64,000 nt of DNA from Planctomycetaceae bacterium (GCA_002724415.1 PBOU01000106.1:14824-78823), one strand, 5' to 3'; positions 46,302-58,139 are shown, counted from the stretch's first letter. The notes: generated by a model not told the origin, from the letters alone. A program made the numbers and translations.

Positions 46302-47083
46302 ACCGGAATTGGCGGGATGTCGTATCAAGTGCAGGCCCTCCGTTGGGCCTGCTGCTGGTCGTGCTGGCCGGATGGCAGATCGCCTCGTGGTGGTTCGATT
46401 GGCCGGAATTCCTGATGCCGGCCCCAACAGATGTTGCCACCGCCATTGCCAATGACGGCGACCGGTTGCTGGCGGCCACGCTCAGAACCGGCCTGGCGGC
46501 CCTGGCCGGGTTCGGTACCAGCCTGATTGTCGGTGTCCTCATCGCCGTCATTTTCTCCCAATCGCGACTGGTACGATCGAGCTGCTACCCGTATGCGATC
46601 TTTCTGCAGACGGTGCCAATCATTGCCATCGCTCCACTGATCATCACCTGGTTTGGGACCGGGTTCCCCAGTGTCGTCCTGGTAACCGTCATCATCAGCC
46701 TGTTTCCCATCATCGCTTCGACAACCTCCGGCCTGCTGGTCATCGACGAGGAACTCCTGGAGCTCTTTCGGCTGTACCGGGCCAGCCGTTGGCAGGTCCT
46801 GAGAAAACTCAGGTTGCCCCACTCGATCCCGTTTCTCGTCACCGGCGCGCGCACCAGCAGCGGAATGGCAGTGATCGGCGCCATCGTCGGCGAGTTTTTT
46901 GTGGGGCACACCACGACACACTACGGCCTGGGCCACCTCGTGCTGATCACCTCCCAGCACCTCAAGACGGCCAACCTGTTCGCCGCGGTGATCGCCTCGG
47001 CCGTGCTGGGAATCGCACTGTTCGGGACGGTGACATGGGTGGGATCGACCTTGCTGGCTCGCTGGGACACGACCGGAGACTGA
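46298..47083 (+). CDS. ABC transporter permease (SsuC/TauC-like)
   Basis: Six TM spans and an EAA-like loop (LYRASRWQVLRKLRLPHSIPFLVTGARTS). ATGA overlap with the ATPase stop. Confidence 0.8.
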   Translation: MNRNWRDVVSSAGPPLGLLLVVLAGWQIASWWFDWPEFLMPAPTDVATAIANDGDRLLAATLRTGLAALAGFGTSLIVGVLIAVIFSQSRLVRSSCYPYAIFLQTVPIIAIAPLIITWFGTGFPSVVLVTVIISLFPIIASTTSGLLVIDEELLELFRLYRASRWQVLRKLRLPHSIPFLVTGARTSSGMAVIGAIVGEFFVGHTTTHYGLGHLVLITSQHLKTANLFAAVIASAVLGIALFGTVTWVGSTLLARWDTTGD

Positions 47084-47210
47084 CACCGCGCTTGGCTGAA
47101 GACAGCGGGGTCTGCAGGCGCCGCATTGTTAGCCATGTGGCCTCTCCGCGTGACATTCAGCCAGTCAACCACGACAATGGGCAGCCCCCGACACCCGAGG
47201 ACCCTTGGCC

Positions 47211-48227
47211 ATGCGTTCACTTTCCGCCAGATGTCTTCTGGTTTTGGCCGCGCTGTGCCTGGGTTGCAGCGACGGCCCGGCACCACCACCAAACGACGTG
47301 GCCGCGGACTCGGCGGATGGAATCGTCCGCCCACCCACGGCGGTGTCGTTGCAGTTGAACTGGTTTCCCGAGGCCGAGCATGGGGGCTTCTTCGCCGCCG
47401 ACGTCCACGGCTTCTACGACGACTCGAAACTCGATGTCGAGATTCGTCCGGGAGGACCCGGGACCCAGGTCGTGACCCAGGTGGCCACCGGCCGAGTGCT
47501 GTTCGGGATCACCAATGCCGATCGCGTACTGGTGGGCCAGGCCGCCGGGGCCGAAACAGTTGCCGTGATGGCAGCGATGCAGGTCAGCCCTCGCTGCGTG
47601 ATCGTCCACGAGAACTCGGGCATCCGATCGCTGCAAGATCTTGGCCAGGTCGGGACACTGGCCGTCAGCAGCACAGCCACCTGGTCGCTGTTCCTGCAAA
47701 AGACGGTCGACCTGAAGGGTGTTCAACTGGTCCCCTACACCGGCAACGTCTCTCAGTTCCTGCTCAACGATGACTTTGCCCAACAGGGGTACTCGATCAG
47801 TGAACCCTTCGTGGCCCGACTGCAGATGGCCCAGCCCAGGGTGCTGATGGTCTCGGATCTCGGGTTCAACCCCTACACCAGCGTGTTGATCACCACGCCC
47901 GAGGTCATCCGCACCCAGCCCGAACTGGTCGCCAAAATGGTCAAGGCTTCCGTTTCCGGATGGCTGAAATACCTGGACGCTCCCAGCCAGACCAACCAGG
48001 CGATCTCGGACCGGAACGAAGACATGGGTCTGCCGATTTTGGCCTTTGGTGCCCGCGAGTTGAAATCGTTGTGCCTGACCCCGGAAACACCGCGAACGAA
48101 ACTGGGTCGGATGACCACGGCACGCTGGAAGACGCTGCTGGGCCAACTGGTCGACGTCGAGGCGATCGAGGAGGGCAAGGTGGATGTCTCGAAAGTGTTC
48201 ACCAACCGGTTCCTGGATGAACCGTGA
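47211..48227 (+). CDS. ABC transporter substrate-binding lipoprotein (NMT1/THI5, SsuA-like)
   Basis: Lipobox LAALCLGC, then LQLNWFPEAEHGGFFAA, typical of NMT1-like binding proteins. Confidence 0.75.
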   Translation: MRSLSARCLLVLAALCLGCSDGPAPPPNDVAADSADGIVRPPTAVSLQLNWFPEAEHGGFFAADVHGFYDDSKLDVEIRPGGPGTQVVTQVATGRVLFGITNADRVLVGQAAGAETVAVMAAMQVSPRCVIVHENSGIRSLQDLGQVGTLAVSSTATWSLFLQKTVDLKGVQLVPYTGNVSQFLLNDDFAQQGYSISEPFVARLQMAQPRVLMVSDLGFNPYTSVLITTPEVIRTQPELVAKMVKASVSGWLKYLDAPSQTNQAISDRNEDMGLPILAFGARELKSLCLTPETPRTKLGRMTTARWKTLLGQLVDVEAIEEGKVDVSKVFTNRFLDEP

Positions 48228-48312
48228 CCGCCCGGGGCAAGCCAACCCGTCTTGCCATCTCTGACCCTCACCGGGAAAATGAAGACACTGGGCCAGGGAG
48301 AGTCGCTGCGAC

Positions 48313-48741
48313 ATGTCAGTCACAACCACCAACAACACGCACGATGGTCCCCCGGGTGAGGGCGGCAGCTTCTGGACCGACGAGGACCGCGAGTCTGTTG
48401 GTGAATTGGTTGAGACGGTCCGCCTGGTCGAACAACACGCGTTCGAGACCGGAAACCGGGCCTTGATCGGCGATGCCCACCATCTGCTCAGTGGACTGGT
48501 TCAGCTCTACGACCTGTTGACCGCGTTCCGCAACAGCCCGGACGGCCGGATCAAGGGGCCCCAGGGTGTCGCCAAGAAACTGGGGCTAACCCGAAATGGT
48601 GTCTACTGCCGCCTGGAAATGGTCGGCCTCGACCCCGAGGACCTCAGGAACCCGGCTGGCAACATCCTCGACCTGGTCGCCGCCAGCCGCATCCTGAGCC
48701 CCCTGGCCCAGAAACTCCGCCAGACCGCCGACGGGATCTAG
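48313..48741 (+). CDS. Hypothetical protein with possible HTH segment
   Basis: ATG start and coding-like composition. VAKKLGLTRNGVYCRLEMVGL resembles a helix-turn-helix. Confidence 0.45.
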   Translation: MSVTTTNNTHDGPPGEGGSFWTDEDRESVGELVETVRLVEQHAFETGNRALIGDAHHLLSGLVQLYDLLTAFRNSPDGRIKGPQGVAKKLGLTRNGVYCRLEMVGLDPEDLRNPAGNILDLVAASRILSPLAQKLRQTADGI

Positions 48742-50339
48742 CCATCCCGGTCGCCCGGTGGCATCGACGTGGATTCGTCGTCGGCCGTCCAGATGGTCAG
48801 GCCGGCCAGCGAGCGGTCGCCTGGACCGGGCGTTCGGCCCAGCAACCACCCCAGTCCAAACAACAACGGGTTGGCCACGACGCCGACCCAGAAGGTGTCC
48901 AGGACACGCTCGTGCAATCCTGGAAACCAATCGGCCGCCACGCTGCTGCTCAACCCCACCCACGCGGTGACCAGGACGACCGAGACACAGGTTGCCACGG
49001 CGGTGGACCGTCCGGTGGCTCGTCGTGTCAACAGCCCCAGCAGGAACAGGCCCAGCAGCCCACCACCAAAAATACTCAGCAGTTTCGTCTGCACATCCTC
49101 CACACCCTCGGCGGTTCGCAAGGCGTGGATCAACAGCCCACTGCCAATCATCACCGCACCGGTCGCCAGGCTCACCCCGCGTCCCACTCGCCCGTAGTGG
49201 TGCTCGTCGGCATCGTTCCGCCACAACCTCCGGTAGAAGTCATTGGTGGCGGTGGCGGCGATGGCATTGATGCTGCTGTCGAGGGTCGACATCGCGGCGG
49301 CGATCAGACCGACGATCACAAAACCCGCCACCCCGGCAGGAACCCTGGTGATAATGAAGTGTGAGAAAATCTGTTCCGGTTCCAGGCTGGCAACAACCGG
49401 ATCCAGTTGAAACTTGTAGAAGACAAAAAGAGCTGTCCCCACGAACAGGAAATAAACCCAGACGGGAAACGTCAACAATCCGCCAATCCACAGGGCTCGA
49501 TTCGCCTCCCGGCGACTGCTGGCGGCCATGTACCGCTGCACCGTGGTTTGATCGGTGCCCAGTATCTGCATGAACACGATCAGCTTGGTCAACATGGTGG
49601 CACCCATCGTGTGACCGGCAACGTCTCCGGCCGACACCCCAAAGCTCAACTTGTCGTGTTGACGGGCCGTGGCGAGCAGGCCGGAGAGTCCATCGGGGAT
49701 GCCATCCACCAGGATCGGCAGGCAGATCAACCCACCGCCGATCAGCGCCACGCCCTGGAGCACATCGGTCCAGATCACCGCCCGCAGGCCACCCAGGACC
49801 GTGTACCCGGCCACGACGACGCCAAAGACAATGATCACGACATCGAGAATCCAGTCCTCTCGACGACCGATCATCAACTGGAGAGATTCGGACGCCACAA
49901 ACAGGATCAGCCCCATTCGTGCCAGGTGAAACAGGATGAAGGCCCCCCCGGCGTAAAGGCGGGCCCAGAGTCCGAACCGCCGTTCCAGGTACTCGTAGGC
50001 CGACTTCAGACCACCGGCCCGATAGAACGGAATAAACAACAGCCACGCCACCGGGAGAGCCAGCACGTACATGGCATTGGCCGGAAGGTGCCTCCAGTTG
50101 GACTGGTAGGCTGCCGCCGGCAACGCCAGGAAGGTCATCGAACTGACGATGGTGGCCATCAGCGAGAAGCCCACCGCCCACCCGGGCAGGGACCGATCGG
50201 CCAGAAAATACCCCCCGGCGGTACGGCTCCGGCGCGAACACAACACCCCGATCGCAGCGATCAGGACCATTCCCAGCCCAATCACAACAACGTCGGCAGT
50301 GCGGAGTGTCGCAGGCACGTCACCGGCGTGCCACGGCAC
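48738..50339 (-). CDS. Sodium:solute symporter family transporter
   Basis: 533 aa with about 13 TM spans. GGYFLADRSLPGWAVGFSLMATIVSSMTFLALP is typical of the SSS N-terminus. GTG start. Confidence 0.8.
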   Translation of the reverse strand: MPWHAGDVPATLRTADVVVIGLGMVLIAAIGVLCSRRSRTAGGYFLADRSLPGWAVGFSLMATIVSSMTFLALPAAAYQSNWRHLPANAMYVLALPVAWLLFIPFYRAGGLKSAYEYLERRFGLWARLYAGGAFILFHLARMGLILFVASESLQLMIGRREDWILDVVIIVFGVVVAGYTVLGGLRAVIWTDVLQGVALIGGGLICLPILVDGIPDGLSGLLATARQHDKLSFGVSAGDVAGHTMGATMLTKLIVFMQILGTDQTTVQRYMAASSRREANRALWIGGLLTFPVWVYFLFVGTALFVFYKFQLDPVVASLEPEQIFSHFIITRVPAGVAGFVIVGLIAAAMSTLDSSINAIAATATNDFYRRLWRNDADEHHYGRVGRGVSLATGAVMIGSGLLIHALRTAEGVEDVQTKLLSIFGGGLLGLFLLGLLTRRATGRSTAVATCVSVVLVTAWVGLSSSVAADWFPGLHERVLDTFWVGVVANPLLFGLGWLLGRTPGPGDRSLAGLTIWTADDESTSMPPGDRDG

Positions 50340-50360
50340 GCCTCCTTGAGAACTGGTGAC

Positions 50361-51122
50361 CTATTTCTTTTTGCTCGCTTCAATTCCCAGCAGGTGCACC
50401 TCGAAGACCAGCACCGAGTTCGGACCGATGTCCTGGCCGGCACCCCGGGTGCCATATCCGAGTTCCGAGGGAATCACCAACCGGTAGACCGAACCAACAT
50501 TCATCAACTGCAACGCCTCGGTCCAGCCCTTGATCACGCGATTGGCGGCAAACTTGACCGTCTGGTCCGCCTTGGCCGGCACCTTGCCCTTGAAGGACTC
50601 GTCGAAGACCGACCCGTCGATCAACTGGCCCCGGTAATGCACCTCGACCGTGTCAGTCGCCTTGGGCCGAACTCCCTTGCCAGCACGGAGCACGGAATAC
50701 TGCAGGCCACTCTTGGTCGTCTTGACGCCCGTCTTCTTGGCATTGGCAGCCAGAAACGCGACACCGGCCTTCTTATTCTTCTCGGCGGCGGCCTTGCTCT
50801 TGGCAGCCGACTGGGCCTGCATCTCCTTCTGGAATTCCGCCAGAGCCGCCTGGAGTTGTTGATCGTTCAGGGCAGGTTTCTTGCCAGAAAGAGTGTCGGA
50901 GATTCCGGCGGCCAGCAGCTTGGGATCAATCTCCAGTCCCTGTCGCTTGAGAGCCTGGCCGATCTGCAGCCCGATCGCGTAGCTCGCCTTGTCTCGATTG
51001 GTCTTCAACACCGGTCCGGCCGCGGCTTTCTTCGCCTTGGCGTCCTGCCCATACGCAGCCGGTACGATTGCCGACAACACGACCGCGAACCCAAGAGTCA
51101 ATGAAAGAGTCAGTTGTCGCAT
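50361..51122 (-). CDS. FKBP-type peptidyl-prolyl isomerase (FkpA/Mip-like), exported
   Basis: Signal peptide from ATG 51122. Coiled N-terminal domain. FKBP core VHYRGQLIDGSVFDES..VIKGWTEALQLMNVGSVYRLVIPSELGYG. Confidence 0.85.
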   Translation of the reverse strand: MRQLTLSLTLGFAVVLSAIVPAAYGQDAKAKKAAAGPVLKTNRDKASYAIGLQIGQALKRQGLEIDPKLLAAGISDTLSGKKPALNDQQLQAALAEFQKEMQAQSAAKSKAAAEKNKKAGVAFLAANAKKTGVKTTKSGLQYSVLRAGKGVRPKATDTVEVHYRGQLIDGSVFDESFKGKVPAKADQTVKFAANRVIKGWTEALQLMNVGSVYRLVIPSELGYGTRGAGQDIGPNSVLVFEVHLLGIEASKKK

Positions 51123-51256
51123 GCCTGTGTACTCCGACCGGGTTGGATACGCGATCCGAGGCATGCCCGGCCGGCATGAACGGTCGCTCGATTGAGCCTG
51201 CCACTGCAACGAAAACCGGCTGTCCGGCAATTCGCGATGACTGGTGGAAACCGATC

Positions 51257-51988
51257 CTACCCTACCCCCTCGGCAGCACGCTCGCCAGCCCGCGCCTCAT
51301 ACCACCACAGGGCTCCAAAAACCACGACCATCACGATCGCCGACCACTGGTAGCCGGTCCAACCACCCCAGAGCTTCGCCTCGGGACGCACCCACTCGGT
51401 CACAAACCGGAAAACCGAGTACGCAACCAGGTAGAGCTTGAACAGATGGCCGGCCAGCAATCCATCGCGACGCAAACTCCACAGGACGACGGCACTCCCC
51501 AGGTGGAACAACGACTCGTAAATCTGGGTCGGATGCCGCAAAACACCATCACCGAAATCGACGCCCCACGGCAAACCGGTCGCCACCCCGTGGCAACAGC
51601 CGTTGGAGAAACAGGCCAGTCGCCCGATCGCAACCGCCACGGGAATCGCCACCGCAAAACTGTCGCCGGTGCCGATCTTGACCCCGCTGTACCACTTGCC
51701 GGCCTCGACTCCAAAGTAGCCCCCGGCCAATCCCAGCATGATCGTCTTGCCATCGGAAAACAGCGCGCGACCACTGAACACCGCCGGCCAGTCGCCCTCG
51801 ACGAAATACGAGAGCACGAAGGGCAACTTGGCTGCCAGGAACGCCCCGGTGAAACCTCCCAGGCCGATCATCAACCGTTGACGCAACGAGAGTCCCAATC
51901 GGACCTGTCGTCCCCTGGACAACCAGCCCGCGATGGCAACGGCGGCCAGCATGATCGCCGCGTAGGTGATTCGACCCGCCACGGTCAA
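51257..51988 (-). CDS. lgt: Prolipoprotein diacylglyceryl transferase
   Basis: HPTQIYESLFHLGSAVVLW and GHLFKLYLVAYSVFRFVTEWVR. TTG start in a TTGA overlap with the radical-SAM stop (alternative ATG 12 codons downstream). Confidence 0.8.
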   Translation of the reverse strand: MTVAGRITYAAIMLAAVAIAGWLSRGRQVRLGLSLRQRLMIGLGGFTGAFLAAKLPFVLSYFVEGDWPAVFSGRALFSDGKTIMLGLAGGYFGVEAGKWYSGVKIGTGDSFAVAIPVAVAIGRLACFSNGCCHGVATGLPWGVDFGDGVLRHPTQIYESLFHLGSAVVLWSLRRDGLLAGHLFKLYLVAYSVFRFVTEWVRPEAKLWGGWTGYQWSAIVMVVVFGALWWYEARAGERAAEGVG

Positions 51989-53496
51989 CTTCCGGCCGAG
52001 TCAATGGTCAGTTCGGTCAACCGGTCCAGGGTCGGCAGCGGCACGTGGCCCTCGCGGTAGAGCACGTTGTAGGCGCAGAAGGGGATCACGTGGCCCGACG
52101 GCAGCACATGGTGGATGCAACACTTCATCACTCGCCGCACGTCGAAATTGTAGGCATCCAGGAATGACGTGATCGTGATCCGGAAGACGTCGGACGGGTC
52201 GAGATCCTCGGAAAGACCCCGCTGGAGAAACTCCAGGGCCAACGGCTCCATGACGCCGCCGGGCCCAGATGGCGTGATCGGCTGACCGGCCAGGAGCGGG
52301 AGTTCCGGCACGGGAAGTCCATCTGCCGAACCCGGAACCGAACAGCCCTCGGGACCACAACAGCCCAGTCGCCCGAGATACGTCTCGATCAACTGGCGGG
52401 CCCGCGGACGGTTGAAAGTGATGCCATTGGCCAACAGGTCGCTGTGCTCCCGCGCATCGATTATCCGCATCAACGGCAGCACCTGGCCTCCCGAGCGATA
52501 GGCGTAGGTGAGAGTGTGGCAGTTGGGATGTGCGCACGGCAGCGGCATGAAATCATCGGCCACGAACAGACCCCCCGTCTGCTCCTCGATCAACTTGACC
52601 ACCTCGGGGAACGTCACCCGCCCCTCGATGGTCTCCGGCAAAACATGCCGTCCGCTGTAGGTGGCCGGTTGCAAGCTGACGCCGGTGATCCACGACCGGG
52701 CCAGGCCAAACTCGATGATCGATCCCAGTTCGTCCTCGTTGACGCCACCCTGGATGGTCGTGACCAACGTCGTCCGCAGTCCCGCCTTGCCCAGCGCCTC
52801 GACCGCGGCCTGTTTTGTGGCCGTCAACGGTTCACCCCGCAACGACTCGTAGGTCGAATCGCGGAAACCGTCAAACTGCAGGTAGATCTCCAGGCGATCA
52901 CGAAAACGAGACACCGCATCGAGAAACATCTCGTCGCGGGCAAACCGCACCCCGTTGGTGTTGATCATCACGATGTCGATCGGCTGGGCGCAAGCGTAGT
53001 CGAGTATCTCGAGGAAATCCGGATGAATCGTCGGTTCACCTCCCGAGAGTTGCAGCACCTCGGGACGCCCTTCGACCTCAACCAGCCGGTCGATCGAGGC
53101 GATGGTCTCCTCGAGCGAAAGATGTTGACCGCCGGGTCCGCTCGCGGCGTAGCACATGGGACACTCGAGATTGCAGGAACCGGTGATCTCGACCAGGCCC
53201 ACGCAGGTGTGCTGTTCGTGCTCGGTGCACAACCCGCACTCGTGGGGGCAACCCGCCCCGGTCGCCGTGACGCCGACCTGGCGGGGCACCTTGCCGGGAA
53301 CATTGAACTCGAGTCGATCAAAACTGTTCACGTCTCCGCAGACAAAATCCTCGCGAGACCCATGGGTCGGGCAGTGCTTGCGGAAGTAGACCCGGCCACC
53401 CCGCTCGATGATCTTTGCTGGCACCAACCCCAGGCACTCCGGGCACAGACTCTGGGTCATCCCGAGGAACGTGTGATCACGGAACGGCATCGACAT
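51985..53496 (-). CDS. Radical SAM enzyme with N-terminal rubredoxin-like CxxC..C..H module (MJ0619 / GDGT-MAS (Tes)-like family, tentative)
   Basis: CNLECPMCYA radical-SAM cluster motif. N-terminus SLCPECLGLVPAKIIERGGRVYFRKHCPTHG. Additional Cys clusters CAHPNCH and CCIHHV..FCAYN. 503 aa. Confidence 0.6.
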   Translation of the reverse strand: MSMPFRDHTFLGMTQSLCPECLGLVPAKIIERGGRVYFRKHCPTHGSREDFVCGDVNSFDRLEFNVPGKVPRQVGVTATGAGCPHECGLCTEHEQHTCVGLVEITGSCNLECPMCYAASGPGGQHLSLEETIASIDRLVEVEGRPEVLQLSGGEPTIHPDFLEILDYACAQPIDIVMINTNGVRFARDEMFLDAVSRFRDRLEIYLQFDGFRDSTYESLRGEPLTATKQAAVEALGKAGLRTTLVTTIQGGVNEDELGSIIEFGLARSWITGVSLQPATYSGRHVLPETIEGRVTFPEVVKLIEEQTGGLFVADDFMPLPCAHPNCHTLTYAYRSGGQVLPLMRIIDAREHSDLLANGITFNRPRARQLIETYLGRLGCCGPEGCSVPGSADGLPVPELPLLAGQPITPSGPGGVMEPLALEFLQRGLSEDLDPSDVFRITITSFLDAYNFDVRRVMKCCIHHVLPSGHVIPFCAYNVLYREGHVPLPTLDRLTELTIDSAGS

Positions 53497-53514
53497 GGCT
53501 GGGTTCGCGGGGTC

Positions 53515-53787
53515 CTAGAAACGGAAAATCATGGCACAACCGACAAAGAAAGCAGCTCCCGCAGCGAGGACAACCAGGATCGCGCAACCGATTCCGGTGA
53601 GAGCTTTCGTCCAGCCACCGCCTTCAGACGACGATGACACCGCCCACTGTGGATCAACCGAATCCAGTGGATTGCCACAGTGCACACAAGCTGTCGAGCT
53701 CAGCGGAGTGTCGTCACCGCAGTGCGAGCACGAGATGGTCATCTCTCCGCCACCGGGAGAAGACCCAGCATTCGGATCTTGAGACAT
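53515..53787 (-). CDS. Small Zn-ribbon protein with C-terminal TM anchor
   Basis: ATG 53787. CSHCG..CVHCG ribbon, then TM span GIGCAILVVLAAGAAFFVGCAMIF. Ends 18 nt upstream of the radical-SAM gene. Confidence 0.5.
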   Translation of the reverse strand: MSQDPNAGSSPGGGEMTISCSHCGDDTPLSSTACVHCGNPLDSVDPQWAVSSSSEGGGWTKALTGIGCAILVVLAAGAAFFVGCAMIFRF

Positions 53788-54023
53788 CGAATCCTCTGCT
53801 TCTCGTACTTCTGGCCGACGTTGCCGGCCAATTGTGCGATTGCTCAATCAGGAAAAACAAGTGCAGAACCGCTTCGAACCTCCACCGGAGTTCCCGAGTC
53901 CACCGGCTGATCGGCCAACCCGGTGGGCCGCTGGCGGCAGTTGCAAACAGCAGGATGAAGTCGTAGAACAGGGTCTCGTGTCCGATCGACAGCCCGATTC
54001 CGGACCGTCCCGCTTCCCAACTT

Positions 54024-55028
54024 GTGTTCCATACAATGCCCACCGCACTGATCACTCCCGAAGCCCTTTACGAGCAGCCCGGACCGCACGTCGATCGCCT
54101 ACTGGAGGCTGGTTTCGAGGTCCGGTACCCGGACGATTCCACGTTCACACGTGGTCGACCGCCGGCAGAGACGATTGCTGGCCTCGAGGGCATCGATGCG
54201 ATCCTGGCCGGTGGTGAGAAATTGACATCGGAGGTCCTGGAGGGCTGCCCGGGGCTACGGGTGATCGCCCGCTGCGGCGTCGGGTTTGACCGCGTCGATA
54301 TCCCGGCGGCCACCCGGCTGGGCCGCGTGGTCACAATCACTCCAACGGCCAACCACGCCGCGGTGGCCGAGCAGGCATTGGCACTGCTCTTTGGTGTCTC
54401 CAAGCGGGTCGCCCTACACGACAGACTGGTCCGGTCCGGTGGCTGGAGCACCGAGCCAATGCGGCCAATCCGTGGACAGACAATGGGTGTCTTCGGCCTG
54501 GGACGCATTGGCCGTAGCATGGCCGTGCGATGTGCCTCGTTGGGCATGACGGTGATCGCGACCGAGAAGTACCCCGACGAATCCTTCTGCGCCGAGCAGG
54601 GGATCGAGCTGGTCGACTTCGACACCCTCCTGGCACGAAGCGACGCCATCACCATCCACTGCCCGCTCAACGACGAAACCCGGGGCCTGTTTGACGCGAC
54701 GGTGCTGTCGAACATGAAGCCCGGAAGCGTGATCATCAATACGGCACGGGGCGGAATCATCGTCGAGACCGCCCTGTACGACGCATTGCAAAACGGTCCA
54801 CTGGCGGCTGCCGGCCTGGATGTCTTTGAACAGGAACCCGCCTCGTCGGACAACCCCCTGTTCAAATTGGACAACATCGTGGTCAGCCCACACCTGGCGG
54901 GAGCCGATACAACCAGCATCCAGGACATGGCCAACGAAGCGGCCGACTGTATTGCCACGTTGTACGAGGGCAACTGGCCCGGCCCAGCGGTCGTCAATTC
55001 CGACGTACAGGCCACGTGGGCCTGGTAA
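54024..55028 (+). CDS. D-isomer-specific 2-hydroxyacid dehydrogenase (PGDH/GyaR-like)
   Basis: GVFGLGRIGRSMAVR NAD motif, INTARGGIIVE and SPHLAG. GTG 54024 (alternative ATG 54036). Confidence 0.8.
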   Translation: MFHTMPTALITPEALYEQPGPHVDRLLEAGFEVRYPDDSTFTRGRPPAETIAGLEGIDAILAGGEKLTSEVLEGCPGLRVIARCGVGFDRVDIPAATRLGRVVTITPTANHAAVAEQALALLFGVSKRVALHDRLVRSGGWSTEPMRPIRGQTMGVFGLGRIGRSMAVRCASLGMTVIATEKYPDESFCAEQGIELVDFDTLLARSDAITIHCPLNDETRGLFDATVLSNMKPGSVIINTARGGIIVETALYDALQNGPLAAAGLDVFEQEPASSDNPLFKLDNIVVSPHLAGADTTSIQDMANEAADCIATLYEGNWPGPAVVNSDVQATWAW

Positions 55029-55072
55029 CACTTCACCTTTTCTCTAGTCCATAAAACACCGAGTCACCCGTC

Positions 55073-55492
55073 ATGACGGAAACCGCCTCGCTGATTGCCG
55101 ATCTTCACACCATTCGCTGTGGTGGTTGCAAGGTCCACGTCGAAGACCCTCTGGTTGTGAGCTGCACATTCTGTGGAGCCACCTTCGACCGGGTCGTTTC
55201 CAACCACGTCGGATTGGCCAAGCGACTGATGGGCCAACGAACCGGTTTGAACACCGATGAGACCGCCGCGGAAGACGCTGCCGAGACAACCGCCACCGAG
55301 GAACTCGTGGCGGTGCCACGCAGCCTCCTGTCCGACCTGGCCGGTGCCCTGGGTGGAATCGACGGCGCCGGGACGGTCGCGGCCGCGGCAACAAAGCTGG
55401 CCGAATCGGCTCCGGTTGTCGACGCCGGCAGTTCAACCCAGACGGCCGTCGATGCCGCAACGGCGGCTCGGGAGGTCGGGTCTCTTGGTTGA
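55073..55492 (+). CDS. Hypothetical Zn-ribbon protein with Ala/Thr-rich tail
   Basis: ATG start and GC-rich third positions. CGGC..CTFCG. Confidence 0.45.
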   Translation: MTETASLIADLHTIRCGGCKVHVEDPLVVSCTFCGATFDRVVSNHVGLAKRLMGQRTGLNTDETAAEDAAETTATEELVAVPRSLLSDLAGALGGIDGAGTVAAAATKLAESAPVVDAGSSTQTAVDAATAAREVGSLG

Positions 55493-56261
55493 TTTCATCA
55501 ATCCGGTCAAACGAGCCCTCCAGGAAGGGCAAGTCGCCTGGGGTGTTGCTCTTCCTGATTGTTCTGACATTCTCGCCAAACTCTCGGTCGACACGGGTCC
55601 CGAGTTTCTCTGGATCGATCTTGAACATCGTGCCTACGGGCCAAACGAGGTCCGCTGGGTTCCGATTATCTGCCGCCAGGCGGATGTCTCGCCCATGATC
55701 CGGGTACCGGGTCTCGATTCCAACTGGATCAAGAAGGCCCTCGACATTGGCGCCAGCACCATCATGGTGCCCCAGATCGACACCGCCGAACAGGCGAAGC
55801 TGGCCGTCGAGTACTGCAAGTACCCACCCGAGGGATCTCGCGGGGTCTCGCCGCTGTGGCCCATGATGATGAACGTCGACTGGAGCGATTACCTCCCGGT
55901 CGCCAATTCCGAAACAGCCGTGATCGTCCAGATTGAATCTCCCGAGGGCCTGGACAACATCGACGAGATCGCGGCCGTTGAGGGTGTCGATATCGTCTTC
56001 GCCGGCCCACAGGACATCGCTGCCTCGATGGGTGTGATCGGACAGCCACGGCACCCCGACGTGGTCGAAATCCTCAATGGATTCCCCGAACGCGTGGCCC
56101 AATTCGGTAAACCGGCCGGAATCACCGACGTTGGATTCGAACACGCCGCCCGGTGGAGAGACGTTGGCTACCGGTTCATCAACATCGGCACCATTGCCCA
56201 CCTGGGGCTGGACGGTGCCACCGACGCATTCGAACGACTGCGGAGTGGGCAGGGCGGCTGA
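55485..56261 (+). CDS. HpcH/HpaI-family aldolase
   Basis: FLWIDLEHRAYG, PMIRVP, STIMVPQIDTAEQAKLAVEYCKYPPEGSRG and GVDIVFAGPQDIAASMG. TTG 55485 gives the family-typical length of about 258 aa. The upstream track start at 55257 would overlap the previous ORF. Confidence 0.7.
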   Translation: MVDFINPVKRALQEGQVAWGVALPDCSDILAKLSVDTGPEFLWIDLEHRAYGPNEVRWVPIICRQADVSPMIRVPGLDSNWIKKALDIGASTIMVPQIDTAEQAKLAVEYCKYPPEGSRGVSPLWPMMMNVDWSDYLPVANSETAVIVQIESPEGLDNIDEIAAVEGVDIVFAGPQDIAASMGVIGQPRHPDVVEILNGFPERVAQFGKPAGITDVGFEHAARWRDVGYRFINIGTIAHLGLDGATDAFERLRSGQGG

Positions 56262-56324
56262 CCAAGCCTTTGGTCCGCCAAGTCACCTCCGGTCATCTCG
56301 ACCCATGTCGATCCGTTCGCTAGG

Positions 56325-58139
<1,815 letters not shown>

